From Ignavibacteriales bacterium (GTDB lineage Bacteria > Bacteroidota > Ignavibacteria > UBA10030 > UBA6906), in assembly GCA_037441705.1 (NCBI GenBank), contig JBBIRR010000001.1:141919-205918 (forward strand): a stretch of DNA of 64,000 bases, written 5' to 3'. The translations under genes were made by a program, and so were the position numbers. The notes under the pieces are model-generated. The model did no database searches and was not told where the DNA came from. It was given only the letters and a program-made list of their open reading frames with translations. This document shows, in pieces, positions 1 to 10,371 of this stretch (positions are counted from its first letter, which is position 1; each line of letters starts with the position of its first letter).

Positions 1-270
1 ACATTTCGCGGAGGCGTGATGCCTCAATACCTGTCTGTGCGCAGGAAGTGGGATAGGGTTCGTACGGAACCATCATCGTCCTTGTCCTTTCTCGTCAACA
101 CCACGGACAAATCGCTCAAGTTCCTCACAACAATGGGGCTGTCGCTTCGCGATGAGGAGATAGGAGAGATGCACTTATCGTATGGGGTGAGTGAATCGGG
201 CGTACGGGCGTGGTCTCTTTCGGCGCGCTACATTCCTTAATCGCAGCGTGCCATCAACCAATGACGCTGT

Positions 271-300
271 GAAGCAGCCCGCGCGGGCTGCTTCCCTTTT
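271..300. terminator. Bidirectional intrinsic terminator hairpin
   Basis: Perfect palindrome GAAGCAGCCCGC/GCGGGCTGCTTC (271-294) is followed by CCTTTT on the + strand. It sits between the 3' end of the + ORF 16..240 and the stop of the convergent PEBP gene (299-301). Confidence 0.45.
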
Positions 301-778
301 ACTTCCTTTCGTAATATCCCGTGACGCTCGCTTCGGCAACGACCTTCCCTTCGAGATGATTGAGAAACACGCGCAGCGATGTGCTGATGCCAAGCTTCAG
401 CGTCTCCACATTCAGCGCATAAAGCGTTGCCACATACGGATGCTGCCCTGACCCGCGCGGCGGCGCAGGCCCGCCGTAGCCCATCTCGTTGAAACTGTTG
501 ATCAGTTCTTTCGCACCCGGCGGCAGGGACTTGCTTCTGGAAGCACCTTCGACCAGCTTCCGCGTACTGAACGGAATGTTGATGAGCAACCAGTGAATCC
601 AGTTGTTCGCCACGGGATGAGGATCAATGATGCTGAGCGCGAAGGATTTCGTTGTCGGAGGCGGATCACTCCACTCAAAGCCCGGCGAGATGTTGCGCCC
701 TCCTACGACCGTCGTGTGACAATGCTTGGTGGGAATCATTTCCTTGTCTTTGTACGAAAGACACTCGAGTTTGAACAT
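299..778 (-). CDS. PEBP/YbhB-YbcL family (phosphatidylethanolamine-binding / Raf-kinase-inhibitor-like) protein
   Basis: Motifs IIDPHPVANNWIHWLLINIP and GYGGPAPPRGSGQHPYVATLYALN are typical of bacterial PEBP. Start chosen at ATG 778 (MFKLECL), which has AGGAG 7 nt upstream; the longer ORF up to 862 is rejected. Confidence 0.75.
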   Translation of the reverse strand: MFKLECLSYKDKEMIPTKHCHTTVVGGRNISPGFEWSDPPPTTKSFALSIIDPHPVANNWIHWLLINIPFSTRKLVEGASRSKSLPPGAKELINSFNEMGYGGPAPPRGSGQHPYVATLYALNVETLKLGISTSLRVFLNHLEGKVVAEASVTGYYERK

Positions 779-962
779 ATCGACTCCTGATCTGAATGCG
801 AGGATTGGCTTTGAGAAAAATGTACGGCGTCCTTCTGGTGATGTCAACACACAGAGCCACAAAATCGTGCCACGAACGCGACGGCATCAAGGATACGAGA
901 AAAAATGCGAACCCGACGGCAGCACCGGCGCCGTTTTCAGGCATCAAACGCACGCATCCACC

Positions 963-1736
963 TCAGATCACTCCAATCCCTAACAGCGCAGCCATCAGAA
1001 AGAGAAGGGCCGCAACAAGCGTCTGCACTGTCTTCATGGTCACCTTCGCAACGAGGCGACTCCCTACGAAGGCACCGAGGAACGCACTCAGCGTTGCAAT
1101 CACGAGCAGCAAGGTGTTCTCACGCAACCCGCCGATGGTCAGGTGACGCACATACACGCCCAGCCGCGTCACATCAATCATGCAGGCGATGACCACACCG
1201 GTGGCAATGAAGCCCTCTTTGGAGAGTCCCGCGCGTACAAGGAATGCGCTGCGCAGTGCGCCCTGATGCCCGGAGAGTCCGCCGAAGAATCCGCTGAGCA
1301 CGCCGCCAAGCGGAAGGTATCTGGGACTGAACTGAAGAGATTGCAGCGAGGGCAGACTCTCTAAGAGAGCAAAGCCTGCAATGAGACCCGCCATGAGAAG
1401 TTTTATGGGTATGATGGAAAACGTCCTGCCGAATGCCGTATATGTGAGAAGCGGCTCGCTTTCGGAAATGATAAACAGCAGAGCTGCGCCTGCAAAGGCT
1501 GCAAGAATCGCCGGCAGGCCGAAGCGAAGCACCACGCCCATGTTTGCATGCCGACCGAGAAGGCCGAGCTTGAAGAGATTATTGAGGAAGTGCACAATCG
1601 CCGTCATCGCAACGGCAAGCTCGGCCGGAAAGAAGACAAGAAACGCCGGCAGCAGCAACGTGCCGAGTCCGAATCCGGAGAACAGCGTCAGGCCGGAAGT
1701 CAGCAGCGCTACAAGAGGAACGACCACATACTCCAT
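963..1736 (-). CDS. TauE/SafE (DUF81) family sulfite/anion exporter membrane protein
   Basis: 257 aa polytopic membrane protein with two internally repeated halves and a GFGLGTLLLP-type motif. Confidence 0.7.
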   Translation of the reverse strand: MEYVVVPLVALLTSGLTLFSGFGLGTLLLPAFLVFFPAELAVAMTAIVHFLNNLFKLGLLGRHANMGVVLRFGLPAILAAFAGAALLFIISESEPLLTYTAFGRTFSIIPIKLLMAGLIAGFALLESLPSLQSLQFSPRYLPLGGVLSGFFGGLSGHQGALRSAFLVRAGLSKEGFIATGVVIACMIDVTRLGVYVRHLTIGGLRENTLLLVIATLSAFLGAFVGSRLVAKVTMKTVQTLVAALLFLMAALLGIGVI

Positions 1737-1766
1737 TCTTATCCTTTTCTTCGCGTCTTCATGTGA

Positions 1767-2483
1767 CTATCCGGTTGCTTTCAACAGCCAGCGGACGAAG
1801 GGCATGGTGTCGAGAAAAATGCCGGCGACGGTGTCGGCAAATTTTCTCGAGTAGCACGGCGACTCGTCCTCCCACTCCACACCAACATAGAATTGTTTGT
1901 GTTTGAGATGCTCAATCATCGGATGATCTTTCGGAAAGCCGAGCGGTGCCTTCTGCAGCTTCTCGCCCTGAATGGCGCCGAACCGCCGTATGAAGCGCCT
2001 GTCCTCCACAACGACAAGAAACTCCTCGGGCCGCTCGACGATGGCTGCGCGGATAGCCTTCAACTGGTCGCCCGACGGCATGTACAATCCGCCGCCTACG
2101 AAAATCTCTCCCGGCTCAACACCAACATACAGTCCCGGATACTCGATTCCCTTGCCCACCCCGCGCGGCTGGAAGGACGCGGCAATGTTCGTCTTATAGG
2201 GCGCTTTGTTCTTGCTGAAGCGAACATCGCGATGAATGCGAAAGATCGAGCGGCGCGGATTGAACTCCATCTCCGGAATCTCATCGCGCAGCATCCGCGC
2301 CAGCGTCGCAATCAGGCACTGCATCGGAAAGCGCACGTTCTGCTCATACTCCGATTTGTGCCGTTGAAACCACGGACGGTTGTTGTTCCTCTTCAGCTTG
2401 CGCAGAAACTCGATGCCGCTTTTGGGAAATCCCTCGAACGGTGGGAAGACGTCCTCATCGATCGGATGTGGGTATGCCATCAT
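1767..2483 (-). CDS. DUF2461 (TIGR02453) family protein
   Basis: Motifs NNNRPWFQRHKSEYEQNV and RIHRDVRFSKNKAPYKTN match my recollection of the DUF2461 family. Confidence 0.6.
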   Translation of the reverse strand: MMAYPHPIDEDVFPPFEGFPKSGIEFLRKLKRNNNRPWFQRHKSEYEQNVRFPMQCLIATLARMLRDEIPEMEFNPRRSIFRIHRDVRFSKNKAPYKTNIAASFQPRGVGKGIEYPGLYVGVEPGEIFVGGGLYMPSGDQLKAIRAAIVERPEEFLVVVEDRRFIRRFGAIQGEKLQKAPLGFPKDHPMIEHLKHKQFYVGVEWEDESPCYSRKFADTVAGIFLDTMPFVRWLLKATG

Positions 2484-2528
2484 GCATTCTCTTTTTGCAG
2501 GAACGTCACAGGCGGATGTACGAATTCA

Positions 2529-4592
2529 TCATTTCCGGAACACAAGATTCCGCACCAACTTCGTCATGTCATAGGGTGCCGGCTCGCCGCCGAGGTAGCG
2601 GTGGAACCAGTCGAGATGCGCGTTGTAGTACAGAGGCATGGACTTCACATGACTGGGCCAGTGGCCGTCATTCTTGAACACGATCAAACGCGAAGGGACG
2701 CCCATCTTTTGCAGGCCGGTGAAGAACTCGAGACTCTGCGTGTAGGGCACGCGATAATCTTGTTCACCCGTAATGACAAGGCACGGCGTCTTGAAGTTCT
2801 TGACGTAATTGTTCGGAGAAAGTTTCTGGTAGAGGTCGGACGTCCAGGGCGTTCCGCCGAGATCCCATTCCGGAAACCACAACTCTTCCGTCGCGCCATA
2901 CATCGCCGTGAGATTGTACACGCCCATCATGCACGCGATTGCCTTGAAGCGATCGGTATTGCCTTCCAGCCACATCATCATGTAGCCGCCGTAGGACCAG
3001 CCCATCGCGCCCATGCGTCCGGCATCAACATACGGGAGTTTCGCCAGCGAGTCGGTCACGGCCATGACGTCCTGATACACTTTTCCGTTCCAGTCCTTGG
3101 AGATCGCCTCGGTAAAGGCCTGGCCGTACCCGGTGGAACCGTGGGGATTGGGAAATGCAACGATGTAGCCGGCACCGGGATACACCTGCCAATCGCCGCG
3201 GAAGCCGTCGGTCCACTGCGACTGCGGGCCTCCGTGGACGTTGAGAATGAGCGGATATTTCTTCGTCGGATCAAAATTGTGCGGGGTAACGATGAACGTA
3301 TGAATCAGTTTCCCGGTCGGCGACGGAATCCAGAGTTCTTGCGCGGGGCGAATATCAACCGCATCTGCTATCTCTTTATTGAAGAAGGTGAGCCGCTTCA
3401 GGTTCTTCCCGTCCGTATCAACACGCCACAGTTCTCGCGGTTCGCCCACGGAGCGTCGCACGAGGGCGATGGATTTCCCATCGGGCGAGATGGCGAACGC
3501 GTCGATGGTTCTCGCATTGATCACCTCTGTAATGCGCCCCGATGCGATGTCGACGCGGAAGAGCGGCACCGTTCCCTTCACGTCGGCAGTAAAGAAAATA
3601 CTCTTTGAATCCGGCGCCCAGCGAAACCCGTTCACCCAGTAATCAAACGCGTCGGTCAGAACGCGAATGTTCTCCGTCTTCCGATCGTACAACGCGAGAC
3701 GAAAGCGATCGGACTCGAAGCCGGGCACGGTTTGCATCCTGAAAGCGATGTACCTGCCGTCGGGCGAGTAGAGCGGATCGCCGTCGAACGCCCTGTTCGT
3801 CGCAGTGATGTTGCGCGGCGTGCCGCCCGCAACAGGCACAAGCCACAAATCCTTGTTCGTCGAGGAGGCTTCATCCGCATCGTGATTGGACGTGACACAC
3901 AACTCGGATCCATCAGGCGAGAAGGCAAAGCCTTCACCACCAACCGACCAGGCGGGCCAGTCAAAGTCGCCCGGCGTGAGATCGCGATAGCTCTTCGTAT
4001 CGCGATCGAACAGGAAGGTGTGGGCTCGTTTTCCATCCTTCCAGAAATTCCAATGGCGGTACAACAATCTGTCGGCCATATGCGCTTGCACCGGACCGTC
4101 ATCCAATCCCGATTGATTCTTCTTGTTGCAGGCGTCGTCGGCGCCGCATTCGGGAAAGACAAGCGACGAAAAGCCGATATGCCTTCCTGCCCATCGCACG
4201 TTGTCCGCCCCCATCGAAAAGCCGGTAAGCTGGACCGGCTCTCCGCCTTCGAGGGACATCAACCACGCCTGCGAGCCGTCCTTTCGATTCGATGTGAAGA
4301 GAATGGACATGCCATCCGGCGAGAACAAAGGCTTCGTGTCTGCCGCCGGATCGCTTGTCAGTCGCCGCACCTGACTTCCATCCGCGTTGATGAGATAGAT
4401 GTCGGTATTGCTTTTGCCTTCCTCCAAAAAATCTTCCTTCACCGTGAAGACAATGCGTTTGCCGTCCGGAGAAAACTGTGGATTCTCCACGGTCTTGATT
4501 TTGTAGAGATCGGCAATCGTGAAGGCGCGCTTTTGTGCCACGCCGCTCGCGGAAAGAACGAGCGTCAGGAGAATGATGCTATAGGATTTCAT
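2529..4592 (-). CDS. Secreted S9-family serine peptidase with N-terminal TolB-like beta-propeller
   Basis: Signal peptide MKSYSIILLTLVLSASGVAQ. Repeated xSPDG propeller motifs (FSPDGKRIVF, FSPDGMSILF, YSPDGRYIAF, ISPDGKSIAL). C-terminal alpha/beta-hydrolase with nucleophile elbow GWSYGGYM and a GHW histidine. Confidence 0.85.
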   Translation of the reverse strand: MKSYSIILLTLVLSASGVAQKRAFTIADLYKIKTVENPQFSPDGKRIVFTVKEDFLEEGKSNTDIYLINADGSQVRRLTSDPAADTKPLFSPDGMSILFTSNRKDGSQAWLMSLEGGEPVQLTGFSMGADNVRWAGRHIGFSSLVFPECGADDACNKKNQSGLDDGPVQAHMADRLLYRHWNFWKDGKRAHTFLFDRDTKSYRDLTPGDFDWPAWSVGGEGFAFSPDGSELCVTSNHDADEASSTNKDLWLVPVAGGTPRNITATNRAFDGDPLYSPDGRYIAFRMQTVPGFESDRFRLALYDRKTENIRVLTDAFDYWVNGFRWAPDSKSIFFTADVKGTVPLFRVDIASGRITEVINARTIDAFAISPDGKSIALVRRSVGEPRELWRVDTDGKNLKRLTFFNKEIADAVDIRPAQELWIPSPTGKLIHTFIVTPHNFDPTKKYPLILNVHGGPQSQWTDGFRGDWQVYPGAGYIVAFPNPHGSTGYGQAFTEAISKDWNGKVYQDVMAVTDSLAKLPYVDAGRMGAMGWSYGGYMMMWLEGNTDRFKAIACMMGVYNLTAMYGATEELWFPEWDLGGTPWTSDLYQKLSPNNYVKNFKTPCLVITGEQDYRVPYTQSLEFFTGLQKMGVPSRLIVFKNDGHWPSHVKSMPLYYNAHLDWFHRYLGGEPAPYDMTKLVRNLVFRK

Positions 4593-4693
4593 CGTGTTTC
4601 CTCAGTGAGTTGGTAGAAGGTGGATGGAATTAGACCTGGACTCGCGGAGATGGCTCGACGTTCTCGGAGAAGGCATGAAACCGGCGCTGAGGA

Positions 4694-5080
4694 TTACGGG
4701 CCGCGCTCCAATCGTGCCTGCAGCCGCGTGGTGATAACGTGGCACTCATCCTTCGAGACGACAACGTTCGCCTGTGTCCACTCTCGGTATCCGGGCTTGC
4801 GCACGACAACCGTGTAGATGCCGGGCCGCTCAAACGCCCCGACCATCGTCAACGCACCCTGCGGCGGAAGGGTGGGAAACACGCGCAGGGTGTCCACAAA
4901 CAAACCCTCTTGCGCCAATCCGATGGCGCCTTCCGCGGCCGGTTCACCGGTGAGAGCATCTCGCACGTCTACCTCGATGCCGGCACGCGCTTCCGTCGTA
5001 CAAATCCTTCCGGGAAGCCCGTCATCTTTGCAACTCGAAAACAGCACGACCGCCGCGAACAAAGCAGCACCCTTGCTCAT
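4694..5080 (-). CDS. Lipoprotein with carboxypeptidase-regulatory-like (CarbopepD_reg) domain
   Basis: Lipobox-like LFSSCKDD after a signal peptide. PGIYTVVVRKPGYREW is a typical CarbopepD_reg beta-sandwich segment. GGAGG lies immediately upstream of the start. Confidence 0.55.
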   Translation of the reverse strand: MSKGAALFAAVVLFSSCKDDGLPGRICTTEARAGIEVDVRDALTGEPAAEGAIGLAQEGLFVDTLRVFPTLPPQGALTMVGAFERPGIYTVVVRKPGYREWTQANVVVSKDECHVITTRLQARLERGP

Positions 5081-5088
5081 TGCCCCTC

Positions 5089-7413
5089 CTACCTTGCATT
5101 GAACTTCGCTTTGAGATCCTCGAGCGTAAAATGTTTTTCCGGCGGCTTCTCGTGCTTCGCTTCCGGTACGCTTTCCGGCTTTTGCTCCTGCTTCTTTTTC
5201 GCGGGCTTCGCACCCTTTTCTTTTTTGGTCGGCTTCTCCTTGCGCGGCCGTGGGGGCGCATTCGGCGACTTCATCGTCAGGCTAATGCGCTTCAATGTCG
5301 CGTTCACCTCGAGCACCCGCACCTTGACGATCTGCCCGACCTTCACCACTTTCTTCGGATCGGCAACGTACTTGTCTGCAAGCTGTGAGACGTGCACGAG
5401 TCCGTCCTGATGCACGCCGATATCAACGAAGGCTCCGAAGTTGGCAACGTTCGTCACGACGCCCTCAAGCTCCATTCCCGGTTTCAGGTCGGCAATGTCT
5501 TTTACATCTTCCTTGAATTTTGGGGAGACAAACTCCGCGCGCGGGTCCCGTCCGGGCTTCAGCAACTCGTTGATGATGTCGCGAACCGTAGGCTCGCCGG
5601 CCGTTTCCGTGACGTAGCGTTTGATGTCGAGCGCCTGCAGCTTGTCGGCAACCTCGGGCACCCTGTCCAGCGTCACACCAAGGTCCTGCAGGATTCGTTC
5701 GGCGATGTGGTAACTTTCGGGGTGAACTGCCGAATTATCGAGAGGATTATCGCCGTTGCGGATGCGGAGAAATCCCGCGGCCTGTTCGAATGCCTTCGGC
5801 CCGAACTGCGGCACGTTCATCAACTCCTGCCGGTTGCGGAAGGGACCGTGATCTTCACGATACTTCACGATGTTGCGTGCGCTGCCCTTGTTCAATCCCG
5901 ACACGTACTTCAGCAACTCGACCGAAGCCAGATTCAGGTCAACGCCGACGTAGTTCACGCAGCTTTCGACCGTCTCTCCCAACTTCTTCTTGAGCAGCTT
6001 CTGATCCACATCGTGCTGGTATTGCCCGACGCCGATGGATTTGGGATCAATCTTGACAAGCTCGGCAAGGGGATCCTGCAGGCGTCGCGCGATGCTGATG
6101 GCGCCGCGAATGGTGAGATCGAGTTTGGGAAACTCTTGAATCGCGACGTGGCTTGCCGAGTACACCGACGCGCCCGCCTCACTCACCAACACTTTGATCG
6201 GCGGCTTCTCCAACTCCTTGATCACCTCGCCGATGAACTCGTCGGTTTCGCGCCCGGCCGTACCGTTGCCGATGGCGATGAGTTCCACATTGTGCTTCAC
6301 AATCAAATCGCGTATCACCTGCCCTGCCTGCAGGCGCTGCGCCTCGGAATGATGCGGGTAGATGGTCGCATCCTCGAGGAATTTGCCCGTTTCGCTCACG
6401 ACGGCGACCTTGCAGCCGGTGCGCAAGCCGGGATCAATCCCCATCGTGGGCTTCATGCCGGCAGGGCTGGAGAGCAACAGCGCACGCAAATTCTCCTCGA
6501 ATGTTTTGATGGATTCCCGATCGGCATATTCCTTTTTCTCCACCCGCACATCGTTCTCTAACGAGGGCCTCATGAGACGTTCGAAGGCGTCCTTGAGCAT
6601 CGCTTGATAGAACGCGGCCACCGCCGGTGCCTGCGTGTGAAGCTCCTGTTGCTCGAGGTAGCGCAGCGCCGCGGCTTCATCGAACTGCAAGCTCACGGTC
6701 AGCACGCCTTCGTGTTCGCCGCGCAGCAGTGCCAGCATGTTGTGGGCGTGGATATCCCGCACGCGCACTTTGTACTCGCGGTACATCTCGAACTTCGTCG
6801 TTCCCGGAGGAAAGTCATCCTTCACCTTTGAAACAAAGAAGCCCTCTTTCATCAGGTACTGCCGCAGATGCGCGCGGAGATGCGCTTTCTCCGAGACTTC
6901 CTCTGCGAGGATGTCGGATGCGCCTGCAAGTGCCTCCGCCGCTGTAGGAACACCTTTTTCTGGGTTGATGTATTTTGCGGCTTCTTCCTCCAGCGACGCC
7001 GCGGGAGATTCAGGAACGTTCAGGGATTGGATGAATGCCGCGAGAGGTTCGAGGCCTTTTTCTCGCGCCTCGGTTGCGCGCGTCCGTTTCTTCGGCTTGA
7101 AGGGAAGGTACAGATCTTCGAGTGTCGTCTTGTCCAACGTCGCCTCGATCGCTGCGCGAAGCGCGTCGGTCAGCTTCCCCTGTGCTTCGATCGCGCTGAG
7201 AACAGTCTGCTTGCGCTGTTCGAGTTCGGTGAGATAGGCAAATCGGTCGAAGAGCTTGCGCAATCGCGTTTCGTCCATCCCGCCCGTTCGCTCTTTGCGA
7301 TACCGGGCGATGAACGGCACCGTGGCACCGTCGGCGTGGAGGGCAAGCGCATTCTGAACATAGTGAAGTTTGAGGGACAGCTCGCGGGCGAGGCGTTCGG
7401 GGATGTTAAGCAT
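5089..7413 (-). CDS. tex: Transcription accessory protein Tex (S1 RNA-binding domain protein)
   Basis: Conserved N-terminus after MLNIPERLARELSLK...VPFIARYRKE. YqgF/RuvC-like and HhH regions are present. A C-terminal S1 domain (GMELEGVVTNVANFGAFVDIG) is followed by a Lys-rich tail. Start set at ATG 7413; the ORF-track extension to 7680 is not Tex-like. Confidence 0.85.
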   Translation of the reverse strand: MLNIPERLARELSLKLHYVQNALALHADGATVPFIARYRKERTGGMDETRLRKLFDRFAYLTELEQRKQTVLSAIEAQGKLTDALRAAIEATLDKTTLEDLYLPFKPKKRTRATEAREKGLEPLAAFIQSLNVPESPAASLEEEAAKYINPEKGVPTAAEALAGASDILAEEVSEKAHLRAHLRQYLMKEGFFVSKVKDDFPPGTTKFEMYREYKVRVRDIHAHNMLALLRGEHEGVLTVSLQFDEAAALRYLEQQELHTQAPAVAAFYQAMLKDAFERLMRPSLENDVRVEKKEYADRESIKTFEENLRALLLSSPAGMKPTMGIDPGLRTGCKVAVVSETGKFLEDATIYPHHSEAQRLQAGQVIRDLIVKHNVELIAIGNGTAGRETDEFIGEVIKELEKPPIKVLVSEAGASVYSASHVAIQEFPKLDLTIRGAISIARRLQDPLAELVKIDPKSIGVGQYQHDVDQKLLKKKLGETVESCVNYVGVDLNLASVELLKYVSGLNKGSARNIVKYREDHGPFRNRQELMNVPQFGPKAFEQAAGFLRIRNGDNPLDNSAVHPESYHIAERILQDLGVTLDRVPEVADKLQALDIKRYVTETAGEPTVRDIINELLKPGRDPRAEFVSPKFKEDVKDIADLKPGMELEGVVTNVANFGAFVDIGVHQDGLVHVSQLADKYVADPKKVVKVGQIVKVRVLEVNATLKRISLTMKSPNAPPRPRKEKPTKKEKGAKPAKKKQEQKPESVPEAKHEKPPEKHFTLEDLKAKFNAR

Positions 7414-7612
7414 GGTAACTTCTAAGGTCTCGTTGGAACCTACGTCAACCGCACCCAATGTACATAAATTTTCCCGTTCGATACAAGCATTTGTTCGGCC
7501 GTCCCTTTTTCCATATTTTCTTCTCCGCAGAAGAACGAGGGGCAGGAGTGCACCACATAAACTGTTTTTCCTTCCGGCCTTCACGTCACGTCTGCAGTCA
7601 CACGTTCCAACG

Positions 7613-9220
7613 ATGGGTATCAACGAAGAACTTTTGAAGCGGCGCACGTTCGCCATCATCTCGCATCCGGATGCGGGCAAGACGACACTGACGGAGAAGT
7701 TTCTCCTCTACGGCGGCGCCGTGCAGCTCGCCGGCTCCGTGACCGCACGGAAACATCAGCGTCAAACCACCAGCGACTGGATGGAGCTTGAGCGCAAGCG
7801 CGGCATTTCCATCACCTCCACCGTTCTGCAGTTCGACTACAACGGATACAGAATCAATCTGTTGGATACGCCCGGCCATCAGGACTTCTCTGAAGATACC
7901 TATCGCGTTCTCACCGCGGTTGACGGCGTGATTATGGTGATTGATGCGGGCAAGGGCATCGAGTCGCAAACGAAGAAGCTCTTCGAGGTATGCCGCCGTC
8001 GGCATATCCCCATCTTTACCTTCATGAATAAATGCGACCGCCCGACGCTCGATCCGCTTGCCCTGATTGACGAATTAGAAGAGGTTCTGGGCATCGGCGC
8101 ATTCCCGATGAATTGGCCGCTTGGCACGGGAGAGGAATTCCGCGGCGTGTACGAACGGCAAACGAAGCTTGCGCATTTCTTCGAGCGAACGGCCGGCGGA
8201 GCCTACCGCGCTCCCGTCACCGTCGCCTCGCTGCATGACGACGCGATCAAGGACCTGCTCAGCAGCGAAACCCACGAACGGCTCGTCGAAGAAATCGAGA
8301 TGCTGGACATTGCAGGCGCATCATACACCTCCGACGCCGTTCTGCAAGGAAAAATCACGCCGGTGTTTTTCGGGAGTGCGAAGAACAACTTTGGCGTACA
8401 GTTGTTGTTGGATGGATATCTCGAGCACGCGGTACCGCCGGCACCGCGCCGTTCGGGCGAGCGGTTGGTGATGCCCGACGAGGAGGCCTTTTCGGGATTC
8501 ATCTTCAAGATTCAGGCAAATATGGATCCGCGGCACCGCGATCGCATTGCCTTTCTCCGCATCTGCTCGGGGAAATTCACGCGCGATATGTTCGCCATCC
8601 ACGCCCGAACCGGAAAGCGCGTCCGCCTTGCCAATTCCCAGAAAACGCTCGGGCAATCCCGCGAGACCATTGACGAAGCGTACGCGGGTGACATCATCGG
8701 CTTCATCGGCCACGCCGACTTCCACATCGGCGACACGCTGACGGAGGACCCTTCCATCGTCTACGACGAGATTCCGCGCTTCCCGCCTGAGCATTTCGTT
8801 CTCCTCCACAATCCCAGCCCGGCGAATTACAAGAAGTTCCGAGATGGACTCGATCAACTGACGCAGGAAGGAGTTGTACAAGTCTTCTATCGCGCACAGG
8901 CAGGCCCACGCGTCCCGATCCTCGCTGCCGTCGGGCCGCTGCAGTTCGAAGTCGTGCAGTACCGCCTCGAGCATGAATACGGCGCGCCGTCGCGCCTCGA
9001 GCAGACGGAATGGAAATTCCTGCGCTGGCTTCCGCCCGATCTCGGCGCCGAGCGCATCACATCGCTCATCATCCCGACGGGCGCGGCACTCGCAGAAGAT
9101 CCTCACGAACAGCTCGCACTCCTCTTTCCGGGCGAGTGGGCGCTCAACTATTTTCTCGACAAGAATGAGAACGTGTCGGTGAGCGATTTGCCCTTTCGCA
9201 ATCTCCTTACTCCTCCATAA
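7613..9220 (+). CDS. prfC: Peptide chain release factor 3
   Basis: N-terminus MGINEELLKRRTFAIISHPDAGKTTLTEK carries the G1 motif; DTPGHQDF and NKCDRP GTPase motifs follow. Start at ATG 7613; the upstream in-frame extension has no homology. Confidence 0.9.
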   Translation: MGINEELLKRRTFAIISHPDAGKTTLTEKFLLYGGAVQLAGSVTARKHQRQTTSDWMELERKRGISITSTVLQFDYNGYRINLLDTPGHQDFSEDTYRVLTAVDGVIMVIDAGKGIESQTKKLFEVCRRRHIPIFTFMNKCDRPTLDPLALIDELEEVLGIGAFPMNWPLGTGEEFRGVYERQTKLAHFFERTAGGAYRAPVTVASLHDDAIKDLLSSETHERLVEEIEMLDIAGASYTSDAVLQGKITPVFFGSAKNNFGVQLLLDGYLEHAVPPAPRRSGERLVMPDEEAFSGFIFKIQANMDPRHRDRIAFLRICSGKFTRDMFAIHARTGKRVRLANSQKTLGQSRETIDEAYAGDIIGFIGHADFHIGDTLTEDPSIVYDEIPRFPPEHFVLLHNPSPANYKKFRDGLDQLTQEGVVQVFYRAQAGPRVPILAAVGPLQFEVVQYRLEHEYGAPSRLEQTEWKFLRWLPPDLGAERITSLIIPTGAALAEDPHEQLALLFPGEWALNYFLDKNENVSVSDLPFRNLLTPP

Positions 9221-9257
9221 GCCGAGCTTGCCCATCTTGCCTTTGTCATCGGCTTTT
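9219..9257 (+). terminator. Weak intrinsic terminator candidate after prfC
   Basis: Stem AAGCCGA/TCGGCTT separated by a 23-nt loop, followed by TTTT. Confidence 0.3.
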
Positions 9258-9310
9258 AGTAGAATCGTATTGTCAATTCATCACTTACAGGGACGTCGCG
9301 TTCCACGAAG

Positions 9311-10225
9311 ATGTCGAAATCCACGAAATGGTTTCTGACCATCCTGTTCATCCTTCTGGTCGTCGGCGCGGGGTTTGTGCTGTTGTTGTTCTCGGCTATC
9401 AGATCGCTTGAACGCGACGAGCGCGAAACAGTCGTGATCGGGCGCGGCGAGAAACTTGCCGTCATCGAGTTGAAAGGCGATATTGAATCGGCCGACGATG
9501 TTGTTCGCCAGCTCAAGAAGTACCGCGACGACAAAGCCATCAAAGGAATTATTCTGCGCATCGACTCTCCGGGTGGCGGTGTCGTGGCCAGCCAGGAGAT
9601 GTACGAGGAGATGCGAAAGACACGCGACGCGGGCAAGCCCATCGTTGTTTCGATGGGCGCGCTTGCGGCAAGCGGCGGATACTATGTTGCATGCGGCGCG
9701 TCGAAACTGGTGGCCAACCGCGGCACACTCACCGGCAGCATCGGCGTCATCGGAGAGTTCGTTCAACTACATGAAGCCCTCAACAAGCTCGGCATTGACG
9801 TCAAGACAATCAAGAGCGGCAGGCTGAAGGATGCAGGATCGCCCACGCAACCAATGAGCAAAGACGCCGAGAAGTATTTTCAGAGTTTGATGGACGATGT
9901 TCACGATCAGTTCATCGGCGTGGTTGCTGCGGAGCGGAAATTGGATCACCGTAAGGTGGTCGAGATTGCCGACGGGCGAGTATTCACCGGCGAGCAGGCA
10001 CTGGAGCTGGGACTCGTGGACACGCTCGGAACGTTCGAAGATGCCGTCCGCATTGCAGCCGACCTGGCAGGAATCGAAGGCGAGCCGTCGCTCGTGCGCG
10101 AGCAGGCGCGCAAACGCTGGTGGGTCGAGAGGATCTTCGGCGACGTTCGTGCAAGCGTTGAGGAACTGAAACGGGGACTCCTGCAAACACCGGTGCTCTC
10201 CTATCGGTACAACGGCCCGTTTTGA
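9311..10225 (+). CDS. sppA: Signal peptide peptidase SppA (S49 family, 36K type)
   Basis: N-terminal TM helix. Motifs ILRIDSPGGGVVAS and GALAASGGYYVACGASKLVANRGTLTGSIGVIGE are typical of the S49 catalytic region. Confidence 0.85.
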   Translation: MSKSTKWFLTILFILLVVGAGFVLLLFSAIRSLERDERETVVIGRGEKLAVIELKGDIESADDVVRQLKKYRDDKAIKGIILRIDSPGGGVVASQEMYEEMRKTRDAGKPIVVSMGALAASGGYYVACGASKLVANRGTLTGSIGVIGEFVQLHEALNKLGIDVKTIKSGRLKDAGSPTQPMSKDAEKYFQSLMDDVHDQFIGVVAAERKLDHRKVVEIADGRVFTGEQALELGLVDTLGTFEDAVRIAADLAGIEGEPSLVREQARKRWWVERIFGDVRASVEELKRGLLQTPVLSYRYNGPF

Positions 10226-10371
10226 TCGAGAAGAGTTTCCTCGCAGAATGCCGGGGTTCCTGGTACGTACGGCGGCGGCAACCCGTGTTGCGCTCGGGCA
10301 TGCGCAGGTTCCTTTCTTTACTTGGTTCACAAGCAGCGTCATATCGTACAAATACCACAGGAGGATTTGCG

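Noticed and set aside
16-240. 74-aa plus-strand ORF at the window start
   Set aside because: No recognisable motif and a possible 5' truncation. Its only support is the terminator at 271-300, so it is not reported as a confident gene.
1893-3608. 571-aa plus-strand ORF
   Set aside because: Antisense to the S9 peptidase, which has clear catalytic motifs. No homology features.
7370-7612. N-terminal extension of the prfC ORF
   Set aside because: RF3 begins at MGINEELLKRRTF with the GTPase G1 motif 15 residues later. The extension overlaps the divergent tex start.
7414-7680. N-terminal 89-codon extension of the tex ORF
   Set aside because: The extension (MPASGCEMMANVRRF...) has no Tex homology. 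The conserved Tex N-terminus starts at MLNIPERL (ATG 7413).
10222-10371. N-terminal 50-codon extension of the HU ORF
   Set aside because: HU proteins are about 90-100 aa and start directly with the LTKADIV-type helix. TTG 10372 has an ideal AGGAGGA SD; the extension overlaps the sppA stop.
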